Positions 24,258 to 36,033 of a stretch of DNA of 64,000 nucleotides are shown piece after piece. The number at the start of each line of letters is the position of its first letter. The first letter of the stretch is position 1. The position numbers were made by a program, and so were the translations under genes. Source of the DNA: Utricularia gibba (Eukaryota; Plantae; Magnoliophyta). The notes under the pieces were generated by a model. It was not told the DNA's origin, searched no databases, and worked only from the letters and a program-made list of their open reading frames with translations. Location of the stretch: positions 744,001 to 808,000 of the forward strand of contig CM007991.1 of assembly GCA_002189035.1 (NCBI GenBank). Direction: 5' to 3'.

Positions 24258-25030
24258 AAACCAGTCGACTTTGGGATGGATCTCCGTGCAGCTTCTACTC
24301 CAAAGTATCTATGGTACCTCCAGCTAGGTGGGCGTCCACAAAAATCTGATCTTTCGCCGCTTCACAAGGTGTAGCTTCTGCGTACTTCGTGGGATTTGGA
24401 GCGGGGAAATGCCTTCTTCTTGTTGACCAATCAATGCGGGTCAGCGCCCCCAGGCGAGGAATACCACTCGAGTAGCTTCCTGTCCAAATCAGAATTTATG
24501 GCGCAGAATAAGCAACTGTTCCCATGGGAACTTCAAACTTCTCCTTCATGAACCCGTCAAACTTGTTGGAATTCAATTTATTGGGTCGTCAGAGCGCAGC
24601 CCATTTATCGAGCTTCTGGGCTTCCGCAGCTGTTCTGATTCTGCTTCCGGCGGAGCTCTCTATGTTCGGTGCAAATAGAATCTGAAGTCGCTTCGTCTGA
24701 AACAAACTTCATCCCTCAAGAAGAATTTCATCGGCTTTCACTTTTATGAAATTGTCATCGTCGTCTTCCGTAAGCCCAATCCTCCGTTACTGGGCTCCAT
24801 ATCTGTCTCTGATACATCATCATTTGCAACTGAAGAATAGAGAAAAACATGAAACTAGAAAGTCAAGGCACTTGAAATTGTGAAAACAGAGATGCAACTC
24901 AAATTTCCCACCGTCAACGGAGGCCGCGAGAGCCGCTGAAGGTCGAAGAAAATGATGGCTGATTAAACAGACATTCACAGAGAAGGTGAAGAGGAATTCC
25001 GTGCTACGCGCTTGGAGTTGGAAAGCTGAA

Positions 25031-25080
25031 ACCCACATCGGAAGCTTAACCCACGTACTTGGGTTCGCTACGTATATAAT
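25031..25080 (+). promoter_or_regulatory. Plant snRNA promoter: USE (ACCCACATCG, 25031-25040) plus TATA (25073-25080)
   Basis: Near-consensus USE (RTCCCACATCG). The 32-nt USE-TATA gap is the Pol II spacing, and the TATA lies about 30 nt upstream of the U2 start. Confidence 0.9.
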
Positions 25081-25105
25081 GAGCAGCGCTGTACCAGAAA
25101 AACTC

Positions 25106-25304
25106 ATACCTTTCTCGGCCTTTTGGCTAAGATCAAGTGTAGTATCTGTTCTTATCAGTTTAATATCTGATACGTGGGCCAATGGCCCACACGATATTAA
25201 ATTAATTTTTATTTGGGGGAGGTTCAATGGGCCAGCTTGCTGGTTCGGGCTCCCGCGCGTCGCCCTTGCGTTGCACTACTGCATGGGCCTGGCGCATCCA
25301 CTCC
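25106..25304 (+). ncRNA. U2: U2 spliceosomal snRNA
   Basis: 5' ATACCTTTCTCGGCCTTTTGGCTAAGATCAAGTGTAGTATCTGTTCTT with the GTAGTA branch-point recognition sequence; stem IIb GTGGGCC/GGCCCAC; stem III GGGAG/CTCCC; loop IV TTGCACTAC. Confidence 0.97.
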
Positions 25305-25517
25305 AATACAGTTTTAAGTTTCAGTGTCGTATTATATCTTACAACTTAGTGTAGCAGAATTGTGGAAAGTGCACTAATCGAATTGTCATCTTGAAATTTA
25401 TGAGAAGTGTCGGAAAACTGTTTGTCTGGTCTACTCGTACAAACACAGATGGTGTTGTTGGGGAGGGCGGGCAACACCAGCACCAGATGGATCCACAGAT
25501 GCATTGCATTCGTTCCA

Positions 25518-28213
25518 TCACGTATTCTTTTCGAGCACGACGAGGGCCGGCGTCAGGTAGTTATTCGCTTTATCGGGCAAGTGAGCGACCTGCGCAGCCC
25601 AGAAAATCTTAAGGAAACAGAACCAAAGGCTACCGGGGTTGGTGGGGAGACTTAGGAGAGAATGCTCACCAGTTCGTAAAGCTCCTTCCCTGACTCTGCA
25701 ACGTACTCGTAACAAACCTATAAACAGTGGAAGTTTAGTGTTGGTGCTGCGAGTTGGTGATGAATCAGAAAAAACTCACATCAAAGCTCTTGTTTCTTGC
25801 TGTGGAGTCATGGAGTGCTTTCACGCATATGTCAGCCACATCTGCACAGCTGATTCCCTGTACCAGAAGAAGATTGTATGGTAGAGAATAAGTAAACAAT
25901 GATGCTTCGGTTTCGAGAAAGAAGATCTGATCATCAGCTCAGACCTGAGTTATGCGGTTTCCCTGGTCGAAAATGAGGGCCCGTTGACCTCCGGGTTCTT
26001 CCTGCAAAGGAATGAATGCTCATGAAATGGGGTGTACTCAAATTCACAATTTGGCCCAAAGGAGACATACCATAAGCGGACCGGGGCGAATTATGGTGTA
26101 TCCAAGGCCTGATCTTCGCAGTGAATCCTCCCCTGCCTATAAAACATACAAGAAGATGTTGGTTTTCCATATTCAGTGTAGAAAAAAAACAGGGCATGGA
26201 GAGGACCTTCTTGGCCTTGAGAACTTGCTCCCTTCTTACATCTTCTATACCGCTGCCAGTACAAGAGACTAAGATAAAGTCCGTTTCTTGCCCCGTCTGT
26301 GGAATCCAACACTTATTCACCAGGTTCTGGAGTAATCTTAATCTCTGGGTGGGGTATACAGAAATTTTAACTCACAGGCAAAGCCTTGATGTATTCCAGT
26401 ATCAGTTCAAAGCTTCTCAAGTCCTGTTTTCCGGGCATGGGACCTTCAACGGCTTTCTGCAGTTTACAGGAACAATGGAATTAAGATGGGGGTGTCCAGT
26501 GAAAGGATCACAAATCACAACTAATGCTACCTGTCGTCTAGGCTCAAAGCGGATTGTTAATGTGTGTATAAGGAAGGGGTCGAGGGGGGATCCTCTGGCT
26601 TCACCTGCCTGAAAGCTGAAAATGGAACCCTCACCTGCACAAGAGAATAAAAGAATGCAGCAAAGGGACAAGCAAAACCATGGAATCTTGATTTCAGAGA
26701 TTCGAACTCACCCTGCAAAACCCAGCTTTTGTGTTAATTCTAGCGTAGTACATTTTACTCTGTGACATGTCTGCTAGAGGGCCTGCCTCAAGAATTATCA
26801 CATATGATCTTCCATTACCGCCAAGAGAGAAAACCAGACCTTCATACCTAAGTATTGCATTCGTTGTTACAATGCAGAAAAACGTGAAATGCTGTCTGTG
26901 AACCAAATCTTGAGCAAAAGAGTTTCTACCTGTCAAGGGTATAGCCTAGAGGAAGCGAAAGCTTTTTCGACAATTCGACATAGCCTCCTCTACTGAATAC
27001 ATATCCTATTTGTAAACCAGAAAAATGTGATGTAGAGATCATCCAGAAGCAGCATTCCAAGTCAACATGATCGGTTAAAAGCACAAAGAGATTAACATAC
27101 CAGAGAAAACAGCTCTTCTGCCCTCCTCTGCATACTCGAACTTAGCATCCATCCCTCCATCATACTTGGTAGCAACAACATCCTGAAAATACGTTCCCTG
27201 GCGAACTTCCCATCCCTCCAACGAATCTTCAGTCTTGAACTTAGCGATCAAGAACTTGCTTTTGCTACTTTTTCCAGCTCGTAGCTGTGCAAGCTGATTG
27301 TTGTAATCCTGGATACATTTTGAAGAAAAAAGATGGAGGATTACCAACTTGGAAATGGATCATCAGAAGCTACTGATGGCGTACCTGAAAGGCCTTGGTG
27401 AGATTGTACACTCCAAGATGATCAACTCGGATTAGATCACCGGTTATTGAGGAACGAGCAGTTGCACAGTAGATAATCTTATTGCAACCCTCTACGGCAG
27501 CTTTGAGAGTAGAAGATTCTCCGACATCGCCGGTAATGATCTCCACCGATGTGGGAAGCATGTCAACAACTTCTTTGTCTGCCTTCCTCACCAAAGCCTG
27601 ATCATATTCCAGAGTATTAGAGCTTGCGGACACTGTAAGTAAGTACAAATTGTCTGTACCTTCACAGTGTAGCCCCTTAGCATAAGCTTACGGACGACAA
27701 TCCTCCCAACGCGGCTGGTAGCGCCGACCACAAGCACGGTGGTGTTCTGCGCGTCGGGAACAGCGAATTCGCACATGGGTCCTCCTTCCCCCATCAGAAT
27801 CGACGCCTCATCTTCTTCCGATCGCGTTGTGCGCGAAATCTGGCCGAGCCCAGAAAACTTTCGCCACACTTGGTCGAAAATCTGTCGCGATTTACGCCCT
27901 AGGCCTACAGGATTCACCTCATCGAAACGAGTTTTGATCAAATCAACGGAGGAAGCTTCCGTCGTCGTGGCAGTGGATACGCCATCCAACTCCACGGGCG
28001 TCAATTGCTCCTCCTGTTTAACTTCCTTCCGTTTGCTCTTCCTCTTACTGGTCTTTCTCTCCTTCCCGAGGAAGACGAAGCCATGGCCTTCGTTGAGAAA
28101 TGCGCAGCACCCACATTCCGGAGCGGGGAGTGAGAGACCTCTAACCACATCCGACTGCAGCCATTTTGAACGCCGAAAATGGTGGACGTTAGAGCAGCAG
28201 GAGCAGCGCTCAT
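25518..28213 (-). CDS. HCF173: HCF173 (NAD(P)-binding/CIA30, psbA translation factor), multi-exon, two apparent 1-nt frameshifts
   Basis: DEVNPVGLGRKSRQIFDQVWRKFSGLG, GPMCEFAVP, VLVVGATSRVGRIVVRKLMLRGY, RYEGLV, C-terminal VAHLPDKANNYLTPALVVLEKNT*. Transit-peptide start MSAAPAALTST at 28213. Confidence 0.95.
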
Positions 28214-29450
28214 CGCATTGCAAGAATCGATTTTTCGTGAATTTAAAAGCTGGGTATTGCATTTCACGGAGAATTCTCCGACTCTTTTATAGTGCCGTGG
28301 ATGGGGTTCGGAAGTGATGGAGACAGCGCTCGTTCTTAGCCGCAAAATATTGCGATTGGAAAATGTTGCAGGAATGGATTTGGTTGCGAGTCTTGGCGCA
28401 ATACCAGACAGATGAAGCTGTTCCTTTTCCTGTCCACAAAATTCCTGGTCAAATCGACCCAACCCCCTCCCCTCACTCATCTCCTCTTTTCGGCTTCACT
28501 CTCAATTCTTACACGCAGTTAGTTCATCACAGTAACCTGCAAGCTACCACAGTCTGCAACTCTGAACTACATTGGATTTCCAATTAAAATTTATCCAATA
28601 AAACTAATGCTGATTATTTATATAAAATCCATTTTCAAAAGGATATTTATAAAGCAATTTATTTAAACAAAAAATTGAATATTTTAAATCATGAATTTAT
28701 CCATATTCTTTTGAACAAATATTTCGTTTACTTTCACTAGCCATTGCCGACGACCAGACAAAACTCAAAAGAATGATGCACAGTTTGTTTGCCTCATCTT
28801 CTGATTCGAATTTCATTGATGTTGACAAACGTGATACCATGGACATGACTCCCATCTCATCATCCGGTTTCCAGATGGAGGCATCGATCCTTGTTTGAGG
28901 AGCCTGGATCCGGTGCACGTGGAAGTGGAATCTTCAGTGACAAAAATGGTGCACAGTGGGGTGAGTTCAAGGGTAAGCTGCGCAGAAGCCTGACCCAGTG
29001 GCGCGGAATTCGATCCGCCAACCTGAACAGCATTTTTCACTCTTGTGCCTGAAATCAGGCATGGAGTTGATCGCGTATGCGCTTCTCTTGCTGGACTGAA
29101 ACCATATCAACAACGCAACCTCACTCATGGACAATAAACGTCTTGTCCAGTGCTGATGCAGTAGTGATCGCCTTGAGATGATGAGGCCTCTCATATCCAC
29201 CTGCAGCTGCTGTTGTGCCCAATGCTTCTTCTAACATGCATTCTACATTACATGATTACACACATCCAACTGAAAGGGGGAAGAGCCAAATCGCATACAT
29301 GCACTACATTTTTGGTCGAAAGTGAAACATGTTTTGAAGTCTCTGGCATTAACTTGAAAACATACATCCTGAAAGAACAAAAAGCGTGTCACCATAAAAA
29401 CGTAGCTAGTACGTCCACTCTCGAGTTGCATAACAAGACCCAACTAACCT

Positions 29451-32329
29451 TCAACTAGTTACAGCATCCACATTGTTGTCCTGTTGGACTTCGTTGTATT
29501 CGCCAGACTCTTCATTATATGAATACCTATCATCCAAGAGAATAAGATGATGATGTACAGCAAGTAATGTTTGCAAGTGCGGTGAGGCACGGGTCTATTA
29601 AAAAATGGTGCATTTGAAAAATTAAGGCACGAAAACTTTTGACATTACCATTTTCCGGATGATGCAGAGCCATAGAGTCCTGAAGATGGATCATAATAAT
29701 AGCCCAAGCTGCCACTGTAGTAGTACCTGGAGAGAAGGATGAATGGATGACAGAATGCTCTTAATGAAAGTGACAAAAGAACAAGTAGCCAAAGGATTCA
29801 CAGGTTGTATGAGTTGCAGGAATGGAGTCTAAAAAGATCATCTCTAAAAATCATGTGCATTTTAAGGTTTTTCTTTCAGAAAGCGAGGTAAATTGTGAAG
29901 AGCATCAGCAGGATTCTGCAAAATGATGTTTAAAAATGCATCTGAAATTTTGATTCTTTTTTTTTCTTTTTGAAGCAGATCAAATGTTAAAATATGAGCG
30001 TGATCACAACGCCTGTTTATAAAATTAAAAATGAACACATACCCAGAGGATTCATCATATACGTAGTCACTCTGGAGGCCTCCGACTGCAATAAAACAAA
30101 AGTGAAATTTAACAACATATGAATTTCGGATTACCAAAATATGTGCTTCAAGGCATTCAAGTCGAGGCATACCACTAGAGGGCTGCACAGACGCTGATTC
30201 AACCCCATTCAGGTGATTCCCAGTGGTACTGCCGTCATCATCTCCAAACATGTCATATGCATCATCAGCATTTGCCTGACTTGTACCTTCTGAGAGGCCA
30301 TTATTCCTAGCTTGAACAAGCCTCTCGTAACCCCCTGATAGTCATTATCAAGAAGAAAGGTGTTCTCATAACTAGGAAATTAGAAATCCGGAGGCATGTT
30401 TTCGCACTTGATGGCTCTAAATCTATATATATTTTATCAAGGTGAGTTATGCCATTCTCGATCACAGCATGTGATCATAAGCAAAGCCAAGCATAAATAT
30501 GTCGGGCAGTATATATGACAAAAGGAATATGTCAAATATGTCAGGCAGTATCGTAATTTGTTTTCATTTCTGTAGAAGCATCGTAATGGAACTTAAGAAA
30601 AAGACAGTGTCAACGATTGTAAGGTTACAGTATATGTGACAAAAGGAATATGTGATGCAGCATACCTGCCTCACGTGCAAAATGTTCTTGTTTTTCATCG
30701 TAAACTCCTGTTAAATAATAATCAATCACACAATTGAAGGATCTGGAACACCGGTTGCATCAATAATTCACCAGACGAACTAGGAAACAACCAACCATAA
30801 TCTCCATTATCCATCAATTTCATGGCATCCTCAGTTAGCTGGTCAAACTGTTGTTTTACTTCTGCAGGCATCTTCTGCTTTTTATCTGTTGAACCCTTTA
30901 GTCTCTTCAATGCTCGCAACACCTGCCAAGGTTAACACAAGAAAGTTCACACGGACTATACCAATTGAGGCCAGATGAAGAGAAGTTTGTCTCTTGTCAT
31001 TTCTTGAGATTTGGAGAAGTGATTCGGCAATGCATTACAAGCGTCTTTTTTAAAACAGTGAAAAGTAGAACTTAAAAATAAGAATCAGTTTTAATAAATC
31101 AGAAAAAACGCTCCACGTATGACTCTCCTGTAAATTAAGAGTATAATTTGCACATAAAATGCCAAATCCACAAAACGATCCAGTATTTACACTAATTCTC
31201 AGCTAATCAACGAAACAAACAAATAATGATAGTGCTAGGAACAGTTCACAGGAATACTCATGCGTTTCTAAAGGTTCTAAGAGTTGATGACAGGTATCTT
31301 ACTGTTTCTCCAGGCTCAAGGATATTTGCTATCTGCCTGTTAATTCTTGCAAGGTCTTCTGTATTAAGGCCACGAGGATTATCATCATTATCAGTGGGTA
31401 CAAAACTCTTCCCTTCATACTTTTGTTGACTATCTATGCTATCAAGCCATGCATCCTACAAAATGAACGACATTAATCGAGTTATGAACAAACATATTAC
31501 ACTGGCAGTAAAATGGCTTCAATTAAAACGCTATGTGTCACCTTTATTTCATTCTTGTTTACATACTCAACGTAATTCCCACTTTCATCAAAGTAACCAT
31601 CTTCTCTCTCCTTATCCAAGTTAAAAGGTTCCACTTGAACGCCTTCTTCAACAAAGGTGTCATTGTCCTGTCAAAAACTCACCTATTACTATCTCCATTC
31701 AATCCCACCAATGATAACCATGCTAAGAAGACATTTTTTGTGTTGATTGAAAAGAACAGTAATTCCTGATAAAACAGAATAATTCTTTGAACAACCATCA
31801 CACAAGTCAAGAAATAGTTTACCTCATATTCAATTTCTGGTTTTTCATTTTTATCATCATCAAGAAAGTCTTTGGGAATGGATCTCCGACGAACTGCACG
31901 TTCTCTAGCAGCAAGACGGGGATCTTTACCAGGAACAACCTCATCCAAGGAGTCCAATACAGAAATTCCCTGCTTCACCTTCTTACCTTTGGGAAACCTT
32001 ACTCTTTTCTCACTGGATTAGCCATATACACATATCCATAAGAAAAAAAATACCGAGGAAATCCCAAACAACATCAACCTTTCCCACACAGAGATAAAGT
32101 AATAACCCTAACTGAAACTTTTAATCATCCAGCGCTTGGATTAACTAGATTCCAAACCCATCGAACTTGATTTCAACAATAAAAAACAGAAAAAAAAATA
32201 AATCAACGCAGCACATCTTCAACGTTCCTTAAATAATGAATTCACACAAAGACGGACTCACGGAGGTGGCTTGGCGGAATCGTCATCATCTTCGAACGAC
32301 CGCTTTCGTGAAGAAGAACCCTGGAGCAT
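29451..32329 (-). CDS. CD2BP2/LIN1 (U5-52K, Snu40-like) splicing factor with C-terminal OCRE-like Tyr repeats
   Basis: MLQGSSSRKRSFEDDDD, KRVRFPKGKK, VEPFNLDKEREDGYFDESGNYVEY, DAWLDSID, ILEPGETVLRALKRLKG, SDYVYDESSGYYYSGSLGYYYDPSSGLY. Phases consistent. Confidence 0.9.
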
Positions 32330-33118
32330 TTCCCGATACGGCGGCGAGGGTGTGTGAGAAAAAAAAAAAAAAAAACAGTGCGGGAAGTGCGAATTCAGTG
32401 GATTGGCATTGGGAATTTTAAGGGCTTCCTTCCACCTTGAAGAATTAGCAATTTCAAATTATTTGAGAAATTCAATCTGATTTTTTTTAATAAAATAAAA
32501 ATCGGTAGTTTTTAACTTCTTAAAAATAAAAAAATCTAAATTTCTATTATTTCATAAAAAAATTTCTCCTCTATTAATTTTTGTAGAAATATAAAGTAAA
32601 AAAAAATTCTTAAACCGTGCCCCATCTTGGTTTATTGCGCACCACGGGCTGTGGGCGAATCCCGTACCGAAAGGTGGCACCGAGAACCAATGGGACGACG
32701 GAAAGAAATCGTCTCCGGACTCCGGAGACGAGATACTGTCCACGAATTTTGTTCGGTAGGCACCCACACGCTTTTGTTGCCGTCTCAAGACGGATCTCTC
32801 GTGCTACGTGGCGGCCTCTCGACGATTCTCCTTTAAGCACATCAGCATTCTTCTGGTCTTAGACTAGAGGTCATCTTCCCCCCTTGGAGTCGGAGCTCTC
32901 GTTGATCGCTTGTCTGTTGCCTTCTTCTGTTGATTGACGCTCTGGTTTCCTTTTCCGGTAAGTTCTCCGACGAGCGTCAGCTATATACGCCGGTGCTTGT
33001 TTTTTCATGGTTACTCGTCGCGGAATTCATTCTTGTTTTTTCGACGCGTGAAGATCGGGTTCTTCTTGTACAGATATCGGTTTTCTGCCTATTCACTGCT
33101 GGTTGAGTACTTGAAGGG

Positions 33119-35737
33119 ATGTCGGAGTTGTGTATTTATCAGGTGAGACCACTGCGTCTGAGTGTTGTTTGAAGGGCATATAACTATGTGTGAGTGTTGT
33201 GGCTGGCTTAGAAGTGTTCCTTCGATGTATTTGGTTAGTATTTTGTCGGCGTGGTACTTGGAGACATTATGCTTCAGATCAGAGCTGTTTTTCTAGGGTT
33301 ATGGTCATATATGATTGTTTTTGCTTGCAAGTTCTGCTTTTGTGTGTCGTCACTTTTACCAAAATGTTTATCTTTCACTTATCCTCTGGATGAGTTGTCT
33401 ACAGTTCTTTCAGCGATAACTGCATTGATTTTTTTTTTCAGGTTGAGGACATTGTTTGGAATGATTTTCTTTGGAGTGATGATCATATGGTGATGCATCC
33501 CGGCGCTGGACAGGCTGATGCTCAACCTGCTCCATGTGACAGCCTGAAGAAGCGTTTCCGCCAAATAACTAATGAATTTAATGGCCACAGAGATATAGTT
33601 GCAGCTGAAGATATTGATCATGAAGCAGAGAATGGGGAATATTTATCCCTGGGTAAAAGAAGAAAGACGTTGGGAGAAGATTCTGAAGGTTCTACCCCAT
33701 TAGAAAAATATGAGAATGAGATTTGTATTTTGGACGATCTGGCCAATATAGTTTTTAACAACTCGCTCAGTTGTACATTTGATTACATAGCCAGCCCACT
33801 GGATGATCTTGAGTTCTTTAAGAACATTGATAGCAGACACCCATATGATTCAGGTTATGATTTGCCTGAGATGGGAAAATTTGAAGATGCTGACAGGATG
33901 TTTAGGTAGTCGCAACTTCTCGGATTAATAAGCATGTTTACCAGGGTTTTTGCCTTACAGAGTTTGCTCTGTTTTCCAGAAATTGCCATTCAGCATTCAG
34001 GGTTGAGGCTGGCGGGGAGAATGAGATGGGTTGGTGTTCGACGCTATGTCACACTGTTGGACATGGGGACCCGGAGAAGGTAGGTTTGAAGTCTCCATAT
34101 CCTGATTCCAACGCAGTTGACAGTATCAAAGAAAACCATAGCTCTTCCAAGTGTTGCTCCATGGCTGGTTCTCCTTCGGTAAATGTGTCCATTAGCAACG
34201 ATGACTCTTCTTGGACTGGTTCTCCCGACTCTACGTCTTTAGTGGAGGGGTCATCAATGAAAGATCCCCTAGATGGGATTTTTCCCAAAGAACAGGTGCT
34301 TAAATTCCTTTGGAAATCTTCCACGTGCATACGGTCATTATAACCTTAATTTATCATTGAGACAAGTGTTCCAATGGTTCAGGTGAACTTTTATGCGAGT
34401 TGATGTATATATATGCTATGTGGTATCATATGGTTATTCTTTCGCCTGATGAGTTTTTCATTTCATGTCGTAAGCATTCTCAGTGTGTGTAAATGCATCT
34501 ACTTGTGTTTGGCAGATCGATGCCCGAACATTTCCATATTTCATGAACCAACGTCTGGAAGACCCTTCTGGCCCATCGACATGGAATTGGACTTACGCAG
34601 CTGAAATGGATCCAACAAAATCTGCTGGAGAGTCAGAGAATTGTGAGCTGAACCCCCTTTCACAAATGCATTCTCCTCCTGCATCCAACCAATTACATAC
34701 CATGAAAGGCACCCATGACCGTCTATATAAGCATGCTGACCTCTCAAAAGGTTAGTAAAGAGAAAAGTCACTTAGTACTTAGATTAGTCATTTTTTACAA
34801 TGCATGGAGAAATGCAGGTCAGTATGAGAATCGTGCCGAAAAGCTTGGAGCTGAACAGGGTAGGCTTCCTGAACAAGTCTCTTCCTCTAATATAATAGAG
34901 GCCTCCACGATGACTCCTGAGGTGAAAGATGCTTCTCTGGAATCAAGCAGTTTTCACCAGCTTCAGCTTGTTATGGGAAAGGTATAAGTTTCATCTTTTT
35001 GAAGTTTGACCATCTGCCTCTCTGCCAGAGCTTTCAGTTTGATGTTGGGGTTCTGCCAAATTGATATCTTATGAGCTACTGCTGCTTATTCTGAGATTCC
35101 TGAAATCTGGGTTTTACCCTGCAAACTTGTTTAAATAGTGAGATTTAGTCAGTTTGAATTAATGCTAGTTAATAGATTGTGGATTTGTTGATGGTAAAAA
35201 CAGTACACCTTCTTCTAATCTTAATGCATGACAACGAAGCATCTTCCATTCTCCTAGATCGCATCTTTCAGACTCCACTGAACTTCTGTAGGACAATTTG
35301 AAACTTTATGATGCTCCTTGAATTCCCAATGTCATCCACTTTTTGGTTAACACTAGTCGTTGTTGCCGTTCCTTAATCAGCTGGGTGTCCGAGCAAGGCG
35401 GAACATAAGAGACAGCTTGTGCCGTCTGGCCCATAGTGCCGAACAGAGGAACAATGAAGCGACACTAAGTGGCCATCTTAGTGACGATACTGATACAAGT
35501 GTATCTTTCCTGACTAAAGGACCAAACAGGCATGTGATTTGTTCCTGAATTCCATCTGTAGTTAATGCATGTTACATATAAGCAAGCGTTGTCCCATTGC
35601 AACAGCTCTTTAATGCGTTTTGCTTTCGGTTCCACAGTTGCAAAAACATTGGAAAGGATACAAACCCCATCGACCGGTCAGTAGCCGCATTGTTATTTCG
35701 CCGGCCTTCTGAACCATCTTTGAAGAGATCTGATTAA
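33119..35737 (+). CDS. LNK1: NIGHT LIGHT-INDUCIBLE AND CLOCK-REGULATED protein, LNK1-like, 7 coding exons
   Basis: MSELCIYQ|VEDIVWNDF..SDDHMVMHP; DLPEMGKFEDADRMFR|NCHSAF; SLESSSFHQLQLVM; IRDSLCRLAHSAEQR; DTNPIDRSVAALLFRRP. Last intron is GC-AG (35530-35637). Confidence 0.88.
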
Positions 35738-36033
35738 GGTGCTAACCTACCGCTTGTGCTCAATCCTAGACCGTCACTCTCTATGTCCATGTTGTGATTG
35801 TTCAAGGTAACTTACAGTAAAGTTCTCCACAGTAAATCAGGGTTTTCGTTATGCGGCTTGCTTCCGCATCACTGATAATTGGAACTAAAAACTAGCTTAG
35901 AAAACAGCAAGGAACAAATGCAGGTGGAAAAGAAGCCATGCTTCAAGATGAATGTTGGTGACAAAATTGACCTCATCTCATCATGTCTATCAGGTAAACA
36001 AAAAATGACAGGTAAAAACAACCAGTGTTGGTT

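Noticed and set aside
28813-29200. ORFs with GSMPPS (EPFL-like) and Cys-containing C-termini
   Set aside because: No signal peptide or EPFL six-Cys pattern; the region is better explained as the CD2BP2 3' UTR exon.
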